From Eledone cirrhosa (lineage: Eukaryota), in NCBI GenBank assembly GCA_964016885.1, contig OZ024743.1, positions 191,704,001 to 191,768,000 of the forward strand: a stretch of DNA of 64,000 nucleotides, in the 5' to 3' direction. The translations under genes were made by a program, and so were the position numbers. The notes beneath the pieces were generated by a model. That model was not told the origin of the DNA and ran no database searches. It was given only the letters and a program-made list of their open reading frames with translations. How positions within the stretch are numbered: position 1 is the first letter of the stretch; each line of letters starts with the position of its first letter. Positions 11,403 to 23,511 of the stretch are shown piece after piece.

Positions 11403-13844
11403 ATGGAAAAACAATATTTGGGAACCTCTTTAAAAAACATACCAATACCTTCTAAGGATGACTTCTTACTCCTTATGATTCAAAAAACTAATAATTTTAT
11501 CAGAAGGGTTAGATGGAGAGCCTACCACTTCGATAAAAAATCTAAACAAGCAGATCGGAAATATATGTATGATTTCAATACTTACAGGAATCCACCACAC
11601 AACTTTTTACTTGAAGACTTCGAGAAAGACCTTTTTAATTTAATTAAACACCTCAAATTTAAAAAGTATAAATCCGTCTTTCAAAAGGACCTTGATTCTA
11701 CCCTATTGGACCTAAAAAAGTCTAAAAAAATCCATGTCCACTCGGACAAAACTGGTAACTTGTATCATATGGATATTGAACATTATAATGAGTTCATATA
11801 TAAAGAACTCAGAAAAAATTATAAAAAATCTAATAATGCGTCACTCACCAACATCAACAACAAAACACACAACATAGTAAAAAAACTAAACATTGAAGAT
11901 AGAACTGAACCTTTGGCATTGAAAAGACCACACTTCAACCTGAAGGATCATAAATCAAACTTTAACTCAAATCCTTCTATAAGACTTATATGTCCCTCCA
12001 AATCAGATATTGGAATAATTAGCAAAAAAATTTTGGATAGAGTCATCCCACAAATAAGAAAACACGTTATTTTACCACTCTGGGAAAACACCTCCCAGGT
12101 AATTAACTGGTTTAAAAATATTAGATGTAAATCTTCTGCTTCATTTCTACAATTTGATATAGATAATTACTATTCTTCTATATCACCTATACTCCTGAAC
12201 AAAGCATTGATATTTGCTAAAAATAGATCTAACTTAACTTTGGATGACATTAATATTATTACACATGCTAGACTAACACTTATTGAATTTCAGAATGAAT
12301 ACTGGACCAGAAACACATATAGTAATCTATTTGATATTACTATGGGTTCAAGCGATTCCGCCCAAATTACTGATCTTGTGGGCCTCTTTCTCCTTTTCAA
12401 CATAAATGCCTCCTTTCCCCACCTCAAAGGTGGTTTATATCGTGATGACTGTCTTCTTCTTTCTAACAACCTTAGCCTTTCAGAAATTGAAAAAAACAAA
12501 AAACATATTAGAACTTTCCTTAAAGACTATTATAATCTTCATATTACTTTTGAAAAAACAAGTAAAGTAGTAAATTTCCTAGATATAACTTTAGATTTAG
12601 CTACGGGTATCTACCAACCTTACCATAAACCAAACCAAAACTTACATTACATACACTCACAATCTAATCACCCTAAATCTATCCTTAAAAACCTTGCATA
12701 TAATATATCACTTAGAATTTCTAACCTTTCTTCTAACCAAGATGTATTTGATAAAAATGCGACCTTCTATAACGAAGCTCTAGATAGAAGTGGCCACAAA
12801 AATAGATTAGAATATATACCTTCTACTAAAAATACTAAAAGCATACAACCTAATATTACCAACAAACACCAAATGAAAAGTACACACCTAAATGCCACCC
12901 ACACTATACCCCAAAATACCAAATCTTCTAATATAAAATATAGTAACTCTCAAAAAACTACTCATCATACAACTCTAATAAATATTAATAATAAAACTCC
13001 TAATAAAAAAGCTAAAACACCTAAATCTACAAATATAACTAAAAATGGTTGTGGTGAGATCTTTAACATTAATCCTCCTAGTAAACATCACGATACAACC
13101 TATAAAAATAATAAAAATAATAAACAACATAGAAACCGTAATAGACGGGTTACTTGGTATAATGCTCCATTTAATTTACAAATTAAGGATAATATTGCTA
13201 AAAAATTTTTTTATATCCTAAAGAAAAACTTCCCGCCAAACCACAAATACCATCAAATCTTAAATAGGTCTACAGTGAAATTCTCATACTCAACAACAAA
13301 TAACATAAAACAAAATATAAGTGCCTATAATGCATATAAATGTAAGAAAACCATAAGTATACCACCAGTACATCAAATTAACCATAATATCTCCTCAAAT
13401 ACAGAATTAACGAAAGGTTGTAACTGTAGAAACAAAGCAAACTGCCCATTAAAAGGGAATTGTCTTGTTAACAACATAGTCTATAAATGTAATGTTAAAA
13501 CTAAAGATTCTATTTGCTCATATATAGGAGCTACTTCTAACAATTTTAAGACAAGGTTTAATACCCACAAGCATAGTTTTAAAAATGCCGCACTGGCTAA
13601 TACAACATCTCTAGCAGAAAAAATCAATAGTTATAAAAATAAGAATATAGAATATGATTTGACCTGGAGTGTGCTCAAAAGAGCCACCCCTTATCAAAAT
13701 AATAGAAATGAATGTAGATTATGTTCCCAAGAACTATTTGAAATAATGAAATCTAAGGATATACTATTAAATAAACGACAGGAATTAATTATATCGTGTA
13801 ATCATAAACTAAAAAAAACATTTAAATATTATAAACCTAATTAA
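11403..13844 (+). CDS. Intact PLE polyprotein, RT + C-terminal GIY-YIG endonuclease (813 aa from ATG 11403)
   Basis: SLKNIPIPS, RVRWRAY, HSDKTGNLY, LQFDIDNYY (motif A), ITMGSSDSAQITDLVG (B), GLYRDD (C), VNFLDITL, CNCRNKANCPLKGNC (CxCx5Cx5C), NIVY...YIGAT...RFNTH...CRLC..E...LNKRQE..SCNH. The Nematis clade call rests on the linker and YRDD and needs a tree. Confidence 0.95.
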   Translation: MEKQYLGTSLKNIPIPSKDDFLLLMIQKTNNFIRRVRWRAYHFDKKSKQADRKYMYDFNTYRNPPHNFLLEDFEKDLFNLIKHLKFKKYKSVFQKDLDSTLLDLKKSKKIHVHSDKTGNLYHMDIEHYNEFIYKELRKNYKKSNNASLTNINNKTHNIVKKLNIEDRTEPLALKRPHFNLKDHKSNFNSNPSIRLICPSKSDIGIISKKILDRVIPQIRKHVILPLWENTSQVINWFKNIRCKSSASFLQFDIDNYYSSISPILLNKALIFAKNRSNLTLDDINIITHARLTLIEFQNEYWTRNTYSNLFDITMGSSDSAQITDLVGLFLLFNINASFPHLKGGLYRDDCLLLSNNLSLSEIEKNKKHIRTFLKDYYNLHITFEKTSKVVNFLDITLDLATGIYQPYHKPNQNLHYIHSQSNHPKSILKNLAYNISLRISNLSSNQDVFDKNATFYNEALDRSGHKNRLEYIPSTKNTKSIQPNITNKHQMKSTHLNATHTIPQNTKSSNIKYSNSQKTTHHTTLININNKTPNKKAKTPKSTNITKNGCGEIFNINPPSKHHDTTYKNNKNNKQHRNRNRRVTWYNAPFNLQIKDNIAKKFFYILKKNFPPNHKYHQILNRSTVKFSYSTTNNIKQNISAYNAYKCKKTISIPPVHQINHNISSNTELTKGCNCRNKANCPLKGNCLVNNIVYKCNVKTKDSICSYIGATSNNFKTRFNTHKHSFKNAALANTTSLAEKINSYKNKNIEYDLTWSVLKRATPYQNNRNECRLCSQELFEIMKSKDILLNKRQELIISCNHKLKKTFKYYKPN

Positions 13845-14333
13845 TAACATTATTTTAGAAATTAATTTAATTTAAATGTTAGTTAACCTATAAATTTAAT
13901 TTAATTAAAATTCTACTACAGATGAGAATATAAAATATTGTGTAATCATAAATTGTGAAAAACCTTTAAATATTACTAATATATACTTAGTAATTTAATT
14001 TATAGATTAATTTTAATTTATTTAAACCTTTTATTAAAATTCCTTTACAGATAAAATATAACAAAATATCGTGTATCCAATGACAGAGAAATAATTTTTA
14101 GTATTATAGACCTAATTAATATACATTTTAGAAATATATTTATAATTTGGTTTTAAATTTAGTCAACCTAAAAATTTAATTTAATTGGCTTATAATTAGT
14201 ATCCTAATACAGACGGATTGCAGAGTGTCATGTAATCATAGAATGGGATGTGTTTTGGATGTATACCTAGTTAATATATTCTCAATTTTTGAAAAAATAT
14301 GTATATGTATGTATGTATATGTATGTGTATGTA

Positions 14334-14378
<45 letters not shown>

Positions 14379-15173
14379 GTGTATGTATATGTATATGTAT
14401 ATGTATTAATTTTGATTTCTATTTGCTTATAATTATATTCTGCTATTGATAAAATACAATATCTGTTTTATTTATTATATACCTAATTAACATATACTAT
14501 AGAAATTAATATATAATTTTTAATTTAGTTAACCTATAATTTATATTCTACTACCGATGTAATACTTTATTTGTTTTTTCCCTATTACTAAATTCATTTC
14601 CTAATATTGATACCATAACGTTAATAACTTTAATTTAGTTATACTATAATTAATACTCTACTACTATTTAACTTCAAAATTCTGCTTCAAATATTATAAA
14701 CCTAACTAATTTACACCTTAGAAATCAATATGTTAACTATCTTTAGTTTAGTTAACATATAATTAATGGTATACTTATTTTGAAATGCATAATTTTGCCT
14801 TATTTCTTGCATTTCCTAACACTGAAACTATGTAAAAACATATATTGGGATCCAGATACAGATAATATTCTATGTTTCTTGAAACATATATTTACTATAA
14901 TCCCCTTCTCCACCCCACCCCTTTCCCCCATACTATTATCATCTGTGTTTGTAAGCGTGTATGTATGAATATATATGTAGGTAGGTGTATATATGTTTGG
15001 GTGTTTATATCTGAATATAAAAATACATATATGCGCATGCAAATAAGAATGTAAGATTGTGTGTATATATATGTGTGTATGTATATATATATGTGTATAT
15101 ATGCATGTGTATATATATGTGTATATGTATATATATGTATATGTGTATATGTGTATATGTGTGTGGGCGTGTA

Positions 15174-15216
<43 letters not shown>

Positions 15217-15384
15217 ATGTATGTGTATGTATATATGTGTATATATATGTATGTCTCTCTATATATATGTCTATCTTCGTATCTATGTGGGTATATGTGT
15301 GTATGTACATGTATGCACATGTATATGTTTATGTGTATATGTGTGTATGTGTATATATGTACGTGTGCGCACATATATATGTGA

Positions 15385-15416
<32 letters not shown>

Positions 15417-16039
15417 GTATATCTATGTGTGTATGTATGTCTATATTCGTATGTGTATATATATATATATATATATTATTTATTATTATAATATAACTTA
15501 TGGGTATGTGTATATATGTGAGGGTGTGTATATGTATATATATGTATATATATGTGTAAAAATATATATGTGTATGTGTGTTTTTTGTGTGTGTGTATAT
15601 ATATGTATGTATATATGTGTGTATGTGTGTGTTTGTATGTGTGTTTATGGTTGTATGTGTGTGTGGGTGTATATATATAAATGTATGTGTATATATATAT
15701 ATATATGTGTATATGTATCTCTATTAATGTGTGTATATATGTATATGTATATACCTTTTTCTTTGTATGTCTGAGTTGTGTGAGAGTGTAGTGGTGTTTG
15801 TATGTATATACGCATATATGGATGCGTATGTATTTGTATATATGAGTATATGTAAGTGCGTATGTATGTATGAATATATATCTATGTCTATGTATGAGTA
15901 TATATGTGTGTGTATGTATGTTGTGTGTGTATGTTTGTATGTGTCTATGTGTGTATATATATATATATATATGTGTGTATATGTATGTATGTATGTGTAT
16001 GTATGTACATATATGTGTATGTATATGTGTATGTATATA

Positions 16040-16076
<37 letters not shown>

Positions 16077-16591
16077 TTATTTTATATATATGTGTGTGTG
16101 TGTATGTGTGTGTGTGTATATATATCTTTATATATGTGTATGTGTATGTTCGTGTAGGTGTATGTGTGTGTATGACTATATATGTATGTGTGTATATGTG
16201 TATGTATGTATATGTATGTGTGTGTACATGTATGTATGTGTATGTGTATATATATATGTGTATATGTGTATGTATATATATATATATATATGTGTATATA
16301 TATATATATGTATATGTATCTCTATTTGTATGTGTATATGTGTATAGGTATATACCTTTTTCTTTGTATGTCTGAGTTGTGTGAGAGTGTAGTGGTGTTT
16401 GTATGTATATACCGATATATGGATGCGTAAGTATTTGTGTGTATGTATGTATGTATGTTTGTATGTATTTGTGTGTATATATAGGTATGTATGTGTATAT
16501 CTGTATGTATATAAGTATGTATGTGTATGTATATGTGCGTGTATGTGTATATATATGTGTGTCTATATATGTATGTGTGATTATATGTGTA

Positions 16592-16640
<49 letters not shown>

Positions 16641-16705
16641 ATATGTGTGTATGTGTGTATATGTATATGTTTATATATGTGTGTGTATGTGTGTTCTATG
16701 TGTAG

Positions 16706-16746
<41 letters not shown>

Positions 16747-16827
16747 CTTGATATATTTCTTTTTTCTTTTTTCTTTTTCTTTTCTTTCCTTTTTATTTTT
16801 TATTTTTTATTTCTTAGTTTATAGATA

Positions 16828-18625
16828 CATCGCCCGCCACTTTGGTGGCCCTGGACACTCCGCACGCCATCTCACAGTCTGTGGCCTACTCCAGTGCCAC
16901 GGAACAACCGCCCATTGCCTTACAGTCGAACAACGCACTATCTTCATCTTACAGACCCACACTCCCCCCGGCCTGAACTCCCCACCCTTATTCCTTTAGC
17001 GTTCGACCGCCCCCTCCCCCCACACTTATCCCCCACTAACACCACTAACACACCCCTCCTTTTCACCGCCCACCCCACACTAACAATACTAACACCTCCA
17101 CTCCACCCCTCATCTGACCACCCTTCCCCAACTAACATACTAACATCCCTTCCCTCCCCTCTTCTCCTCCTCCCCTTCCTCATCACACGCACACACCCAC
17201 CGGCACATATATACACGCGCTCACACTAAACACACACCCTACTACCACCACTAACCCTCACCCCCACACCTCTCACCCCCATACCTCCATCCCACCACCC
17301 CGTAACTAACCTCACTAACACCCCCTAACCCCAAGCACACGAACACACGCACCCACTTACACCACCCACCCCACACGCAACTAACATCACTAACACCCCC
17401 AACCCCACGCACACGTACCCACACACCCTCGTACACCACCAACTCTACACACCCTACCACCACTAACCCCGACTCACACCTGCATTCAAGCCCTCCCCAC
17501 CTCCCGTATACTAACACCCACTAACACCTCTTCATCAAACTACACACACACCAGTACACCACACTCCCTCCATAGAACCACACACACCCTTCTCTCCCCG
17601 CTCCACCCACACCCTCGCTCAACACTCACTCATCCCACTAACACCCCTACTAATACACACACACACACACACACCCTCCTCACTCCAACTTTCACACCTA
17701 CCCATGCTCGCCCCCTTACCACTCCACCGACTGCTGCTATGCCCTCTGACCACCTCCCAGCACTAACAGACCACAGCACTCCCACTGCTGACCACTTCCT
17801 GTTGCGCGCGCACCCCACATCTCTCCTCTTCCGACCACCGCTTCATGGATTACCCACACGCAGAAATTGACTTACAACCAATCCACTAAACATCCTTGGA
17901 ACTTACCAACTTTTCAACCATCCTCTTACGTAATCACCTTTATAACTCACCCACACACACACCCCAAAAAAAATTTTTCTCCACACGCCACCCACACCCA
18001 CAACACGCTTAAACCCCACGCACACGTGCTTCCCACCACATATTTACACCATCAGCCTCCTGATTCCTCTCCCCCCACCCCCCTATCCACACACGCACAG
18101 ACACTCCGACCCACAAAAACACCCCCCACACACACCTCTTCCTGAACATGCAACCCCGTTCTTCCCCAACCCTTACTTTCACATACACACACACACACAC
18201 ACACGCACACCTACACACACACACCACCTTCAGCCCTCCCCGCTCGGACACCCCGTCTCCCTTTCCCCACTCCACCCCTATTCACCCCACACCCTTCCAC
18301 CACCTGTTTACCCCCCTTTTAATTTCAGTTTATTTTGATCATGCCTTTATTTTTAAATTTTCTCATTCCTTGCATTTTGATCATGCTTTATTTTTATTTT
18401 TTTATCTTTATTTGTTATTTTTTCATTCGCACCGTTTCCTTTCGCTATATGTCTCTCCACCACTCCCCTACACACCTTTTGAACTCTGTTACCACACACT
18501 TCTCACCTGAGGAAGGGCTTATGCCCGAAACGTCGTCCCCCACCTACCCCCACTCTCCTGAGCGTGAAATTAATAAACATTTATTGTACTGCCTCTCTGT
18601 TTTGTCCCTGTTCAAATGTTTCCAA
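16828..18625 (+). mobile_element. Duplicated 3' part of the Neptune-type PLE (copy of 4701-6498)
   Basis: Near-identical at an offset of 12127. Confidence 0.93.
18500..18571 (+). ncRNA. Minimal hammerhead (duplicate of 6373-6444)
   Basis: Identical sequence. Confidence 0.75.
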
Positions 18626-18670
18626 TATATATATATATATATATACAATTTATATATATATATAATATAT

Positions 18671-18752
<82 letters not shown>

Positions 18753-18760
18753 TAATATAT

Positions 18761-18827
<67 letters not shown>

Positions 18828-18835
<8 letters not shown>

Positions 18836-19671
18836 TAAACAAATAATGAATAAAACAATGAAACAGTTCCTTATATTAAACAAAAAAAGTTCATTATTTA
18901 ACGATCGTTTCTAGGATATATATGTGTTAGAATTGGCATGCATATTCAACAGAACTATGTACAAAATTATACAAAATTATACAAACTATCAAGATTAAAT
19001 ATACATACCAAACACACATATACGCCGTCTTCAGAAATAATGAAATATATTTATTGATAATAACAACAATTCAAAATTTCAGGTCCGTTTGGGAACAGAG
19101 TTCAAAATTGACCAATGAAAATACAAAAGGTTTTATGCAGTTTGGTGTGTGTATATACATGTAACTACCCCGTACACATATTTATACAAAGATGTATGCT
19201 CAACATGCATACGCATGCCAAAAAGATGCATGCAAATACAAAATTTCAAGGCTAATGTCTCTGTAAGTTTATAATGCACAGATAAGATGCGTATAGACAC
19301 ATAAATATGAAATAAGTGTATACACATATTCTCATACTCACACATATCCGTACACTCACACACACGCGCGCGTATATGCATAAACATACACATAAATACG
19401 AACATACATACACACACACACCCCCACACACATATATATATATGTGGATATAATATTATCATAAGCACATGGATATTAATTCACTCACATAAACACTGCC
19501 ACACACATTTAGATCAAGATACAGAAATTAGGTGGGAGGGGAGGAGAGGTCAGTATTCAACGGTTTGGGCAGACTGCTTATTTATATATGTATCTATAAA
19601 CTAAGAAATAAAAAATAAAAAATAAAAAGGAAAGAAAAGAAAAAGAAAAAAGAAAAAAGAAATATATCAAG

Positions 19672-19740
<69 letters not shown>

Positions 19741-19805
19741 CTACACATAGAACACACATACACACACATATATAAACATATACATATACACACATACACA
19801 CATAT

Positions 19806-19848
<43 letters not shown>

Positions 19849-20361
19849 TACACATATAATCACACATACATATATAGACACACATATATATACACATACA
19901 CGCACATATACATACACATACATACTTATATACATACAGATATACACATACATACCTATATATACACACAAATACATACAAACATACATACATACATACA
20001 CACAAATACTTACGCATCCATATATCGGTATATACATACAAACACCACTACACTCTCACACAACTCAGACATACAAAGAAAAAGGTATATACCTATACAC
20101 ATATACACATACAAATAGAGATACATATACATATATATATATATACACATATATATATATATATATACATACACATATACACATATATATATACATACAC
20201 ATACATACATGTACACACACATACATATACATACATACACACATACACACATACATATATAGTCATACACACACATACACCTACACGAACATACACATAC
20301 ACATATATAAAGATATATATGCACACACACACATACACACACACACATATATATAAAATAA

Positions 20362-20404
<43 letters not shown>

Positions 20405-21029
20405 TATATACATACACATATACATACACATATATGTACATACATACACATACATACATACATATACACACATATATATATATATATATACACACATAGA
20501 CACATACAAACATACACACACAACATACATACACACACATATATACTCATACATAGACATAGATATATATTCATACATACATACGCACTTACATATACTC
20601 ATATATACAAATACATACGCATCCATATATGCGTATATATTTACAAACACCACTACACTCTCACACAACTCAGACATACAAAGAAAAAGGTATATACATA
20701 TACATATATACACACATTAATAGAGATACATATACACATATATATATATATATACACATACATTTATATATATACACCCACACACACATACAACCATAAA
20801 CACACATACAAACACACACATACACACATATATACATACATATATATACACACACACAAAAAACACACATACACATATATATTTTTACACATATATATAC
20901 ATATATATACATATACACACCCTCACATATATACACATACCCATAAGTTATATTATAATAATAAATAATATATATATATATATATATATACACATACGAA
21001 TATAGACATATATACACACATAGATATAC

Positions 21030-21061
<32 letters not shown>

Positions 21062-22058
21062 TCACATATATATGTGCGCACACGTACATATATACACATA
21101 CACACATATACACATAAACATATACATGTGCATACATGTACATACACACATATACCCACATAGATACGAAGATAGACATATATATAGAGAGACATACATA
21201 TATATACACATATATACATACACATACATACACACATATATATATATATATATACACACACACATACACGCCCACACACATATACACATATACACATATA
21301 CATATATATACATATACACATATATATACACATGCATATATACACATATATATATACATACACACATATATATACACACAATCTTACATTCTTATTTGCA
21401 TGCGCATATATGTATTTTTATATTCAGATATAAACACCCAAACATATATACACCTACCTACATATATATTCATACATACACGCTTACAAACACAGATGAT
21501 AATAGTATGGGGGAAAGGGGGGGGTGGAGAAGGGGATTATAGTAAATATATGTTTCAAGAAACATAGAATATTATCTGTATCTGGATCCCAATATATGTT
21601 TTTACATAGTTTCAGTGTTAGGAAATGCAAGAAATAAGGCAAAATTATGCATTTCAAAATAAGTATACCATTAATTATATGTTAACTAAACGAAAGATAG
21701 TTAACATATTGATTTCTAAGGTGTAAATTAGTTAGGTTTATAATATTTGAAGCAGAATTTTGAAGTTAAATAGTAGTAGAGTATTAATTATAGTATAACT
21801 AAATTAAAGTTATTAACGTTATGGTATCAATATTAGGAAATGAATTTAGTAATAGGGAAAAAACAAATAAAGTATTACATCGGTAGTAGAATATAAATTA
21901 TAGGTTAACTAAATTAAAAATTATATATTAATTTCTATAGTATATGTTAATTAGGTATATAATAAATAAAACAGATATTGTATTTTATCAATAGCAGAAT
22001 ATAATTATAAGCAAATAGAAATCAAAATTAATACATATACATATACATATACATACAC

Positions 22059-22091
<33 letters not shown>

Positions 22092-22974
22092 CACTTATAC
22101 ACACATACATACACATACATATACATACATACATATACATATTTTTTCAAAAATTGAGAATATATTAACTAGGTATACATCCAAAACACATCCCATTCTA
22201 TGATTACATGACACTCTGCAATCCGTCTGTATTAGGATACTAATTATAAGCCAATTAAATTAAATTTTTAGGTTGACTAAATTTAAAACCAAATTATAAA
22301 TATATTTCTAAAATGTATATTAATTAGGTCTATAATACTAAAAATTATTTCTCTGTCATTGGATACACGATATTTTGTTATATTTTATCTGTAAAGGAAT
22401 TTTAATAAAAGGTTTAAATAAATTAAAATTAATCTATAAATTAAATTACTAAGTATATATTAGTAATATTTAAAGGTTTTTCACAATTTATGATTACACA
22501 ATATTTTATATTCTCATCTGTAGTAGAATTTTAATTAAATTAAATTTATAGGTTAACTAACATTTAAATTAAATTAATTTCTAAAATAATGTTATTAATT
22601 AGGTTTATAATATTTAAATGTTTTTTTTAGTTTATGATTACACGATATAATTAATTCCTGTCGTTTATTTAATAGTATATCCTTAGATTTCATTATTTCA
22701 AATAGTTCTTGGGAACATAATCTACATTCATTTCTATTATTTTGATAAGGGGTGGCTCTTTTGAGCACACTCCAGGTCAAATCATATTCTATATTCTTAT
22801 TTTTATAACTATTGATTTTTTCTGCTAGAGATGTTGTATTAGCCAGTGCGGCATTTTTAAAACTATGCTTGTGGGTATTAAACCTTGTCTTAAAATTGTT
22901 AGAAGTAGCTCCTATATATGAGCAAATAGAATCTTTAGTTTTAACATTACATTTATAGACTATGTTGTTAACAA
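18828..22974 (-). mobile_element. Inverted 3' arm of the family-A PLE, second copy
   Basis: Copy of 6707-10865; ORF end at 22595. Confidence 0.93.
18890..19044 (-). ncRNA. Family-A long-stem-II hammerhead
   Basis: Same as 6769-6923. Confidence 0.85.
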
Positions 22975-23006
22975 TTTTGAATTGTTGTTATTATCAATAA
23001 ATATAT

Positions 23007-23161
23007 TTCATTATTTCTGAAGACGGCGTATATGTGTGTTTGGTATGTATATTTAATCTTGATAGTTTGTATAATTTTGTATAATTTTGTACATAGATCT
23101 GTTGAATATGCATGCCAATTCTAACACATATATATCCTAGAAACGATCGTTAAATAATGAA
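23007..23161 (+). ncRNA. Family-A long-stem-II hammerhead (5' pLTR)
   Basis: Same as 10898-11052. Confidence 0.87.
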
Positions 23162-23511
23162 CTTTTTTTGTTTAATATAAGGAACTGTTTCATTGTTTTA
23201 TTCATTATTTGTTTAATATTTTATCTTGACTCTGTATACCGTTTATCTTTCACCGAAAGTGATTTTTCATTACATCTCTTCTTTCCATGATATCCGGAAT
23301 ACATTGAGTTCTTCATACGGATTGGACACTACCGTAAACTCTTGGTAGATTTATCTACATAATTTTGCTCCTATTTTCACGGAAATATTCGTATTTTTGT
23401 ACTGTATGTGTGTATTAATTTTATATTTATGTATATACATATATATGTATGATTTTATAAACCCATATACATTTAGTTGAGCTCTTTCAATTGTCCATCA
23501 TCCATATCACA

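Larger units (their letters stand above)
10864..16831 (+). mobile_element. Family-A Nematis-type PLE copy 1: 5' pLTR (10864-11250), ORF, and 3' UTR cut off by the duplication junction
   Basis: 10864-11250 equals 29394-29780 (pLTR). Intact ORF. The 3' UTR switches to Neptune sequence at CATC 16828-16831. Confidence 0.93.

Noticed and set aside
12290-12499. Antisense ORFs with RRxSSRYxPP recurring at 12290, 24399, 32090, 39655 and 45808
   Set aside because: They are the antisense shadow of the conserved GGLYRDD codons.
11403-13844. Naiad/Chlamys-type or selenoprotein PLE; telomerase; bacterial retron or group II intron RT
   Set aside because: The endonuclease is C-terminal, there is no in-frame TGA, and the pLTR/HHR architecture fits a canonical EN+ PLE.
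16706-16999. Chimeric ORF ending in the Neptune endonuclease C-terminus
   Set aside because: An incidental product of the duplication junction, fronted by microsatellite codons.
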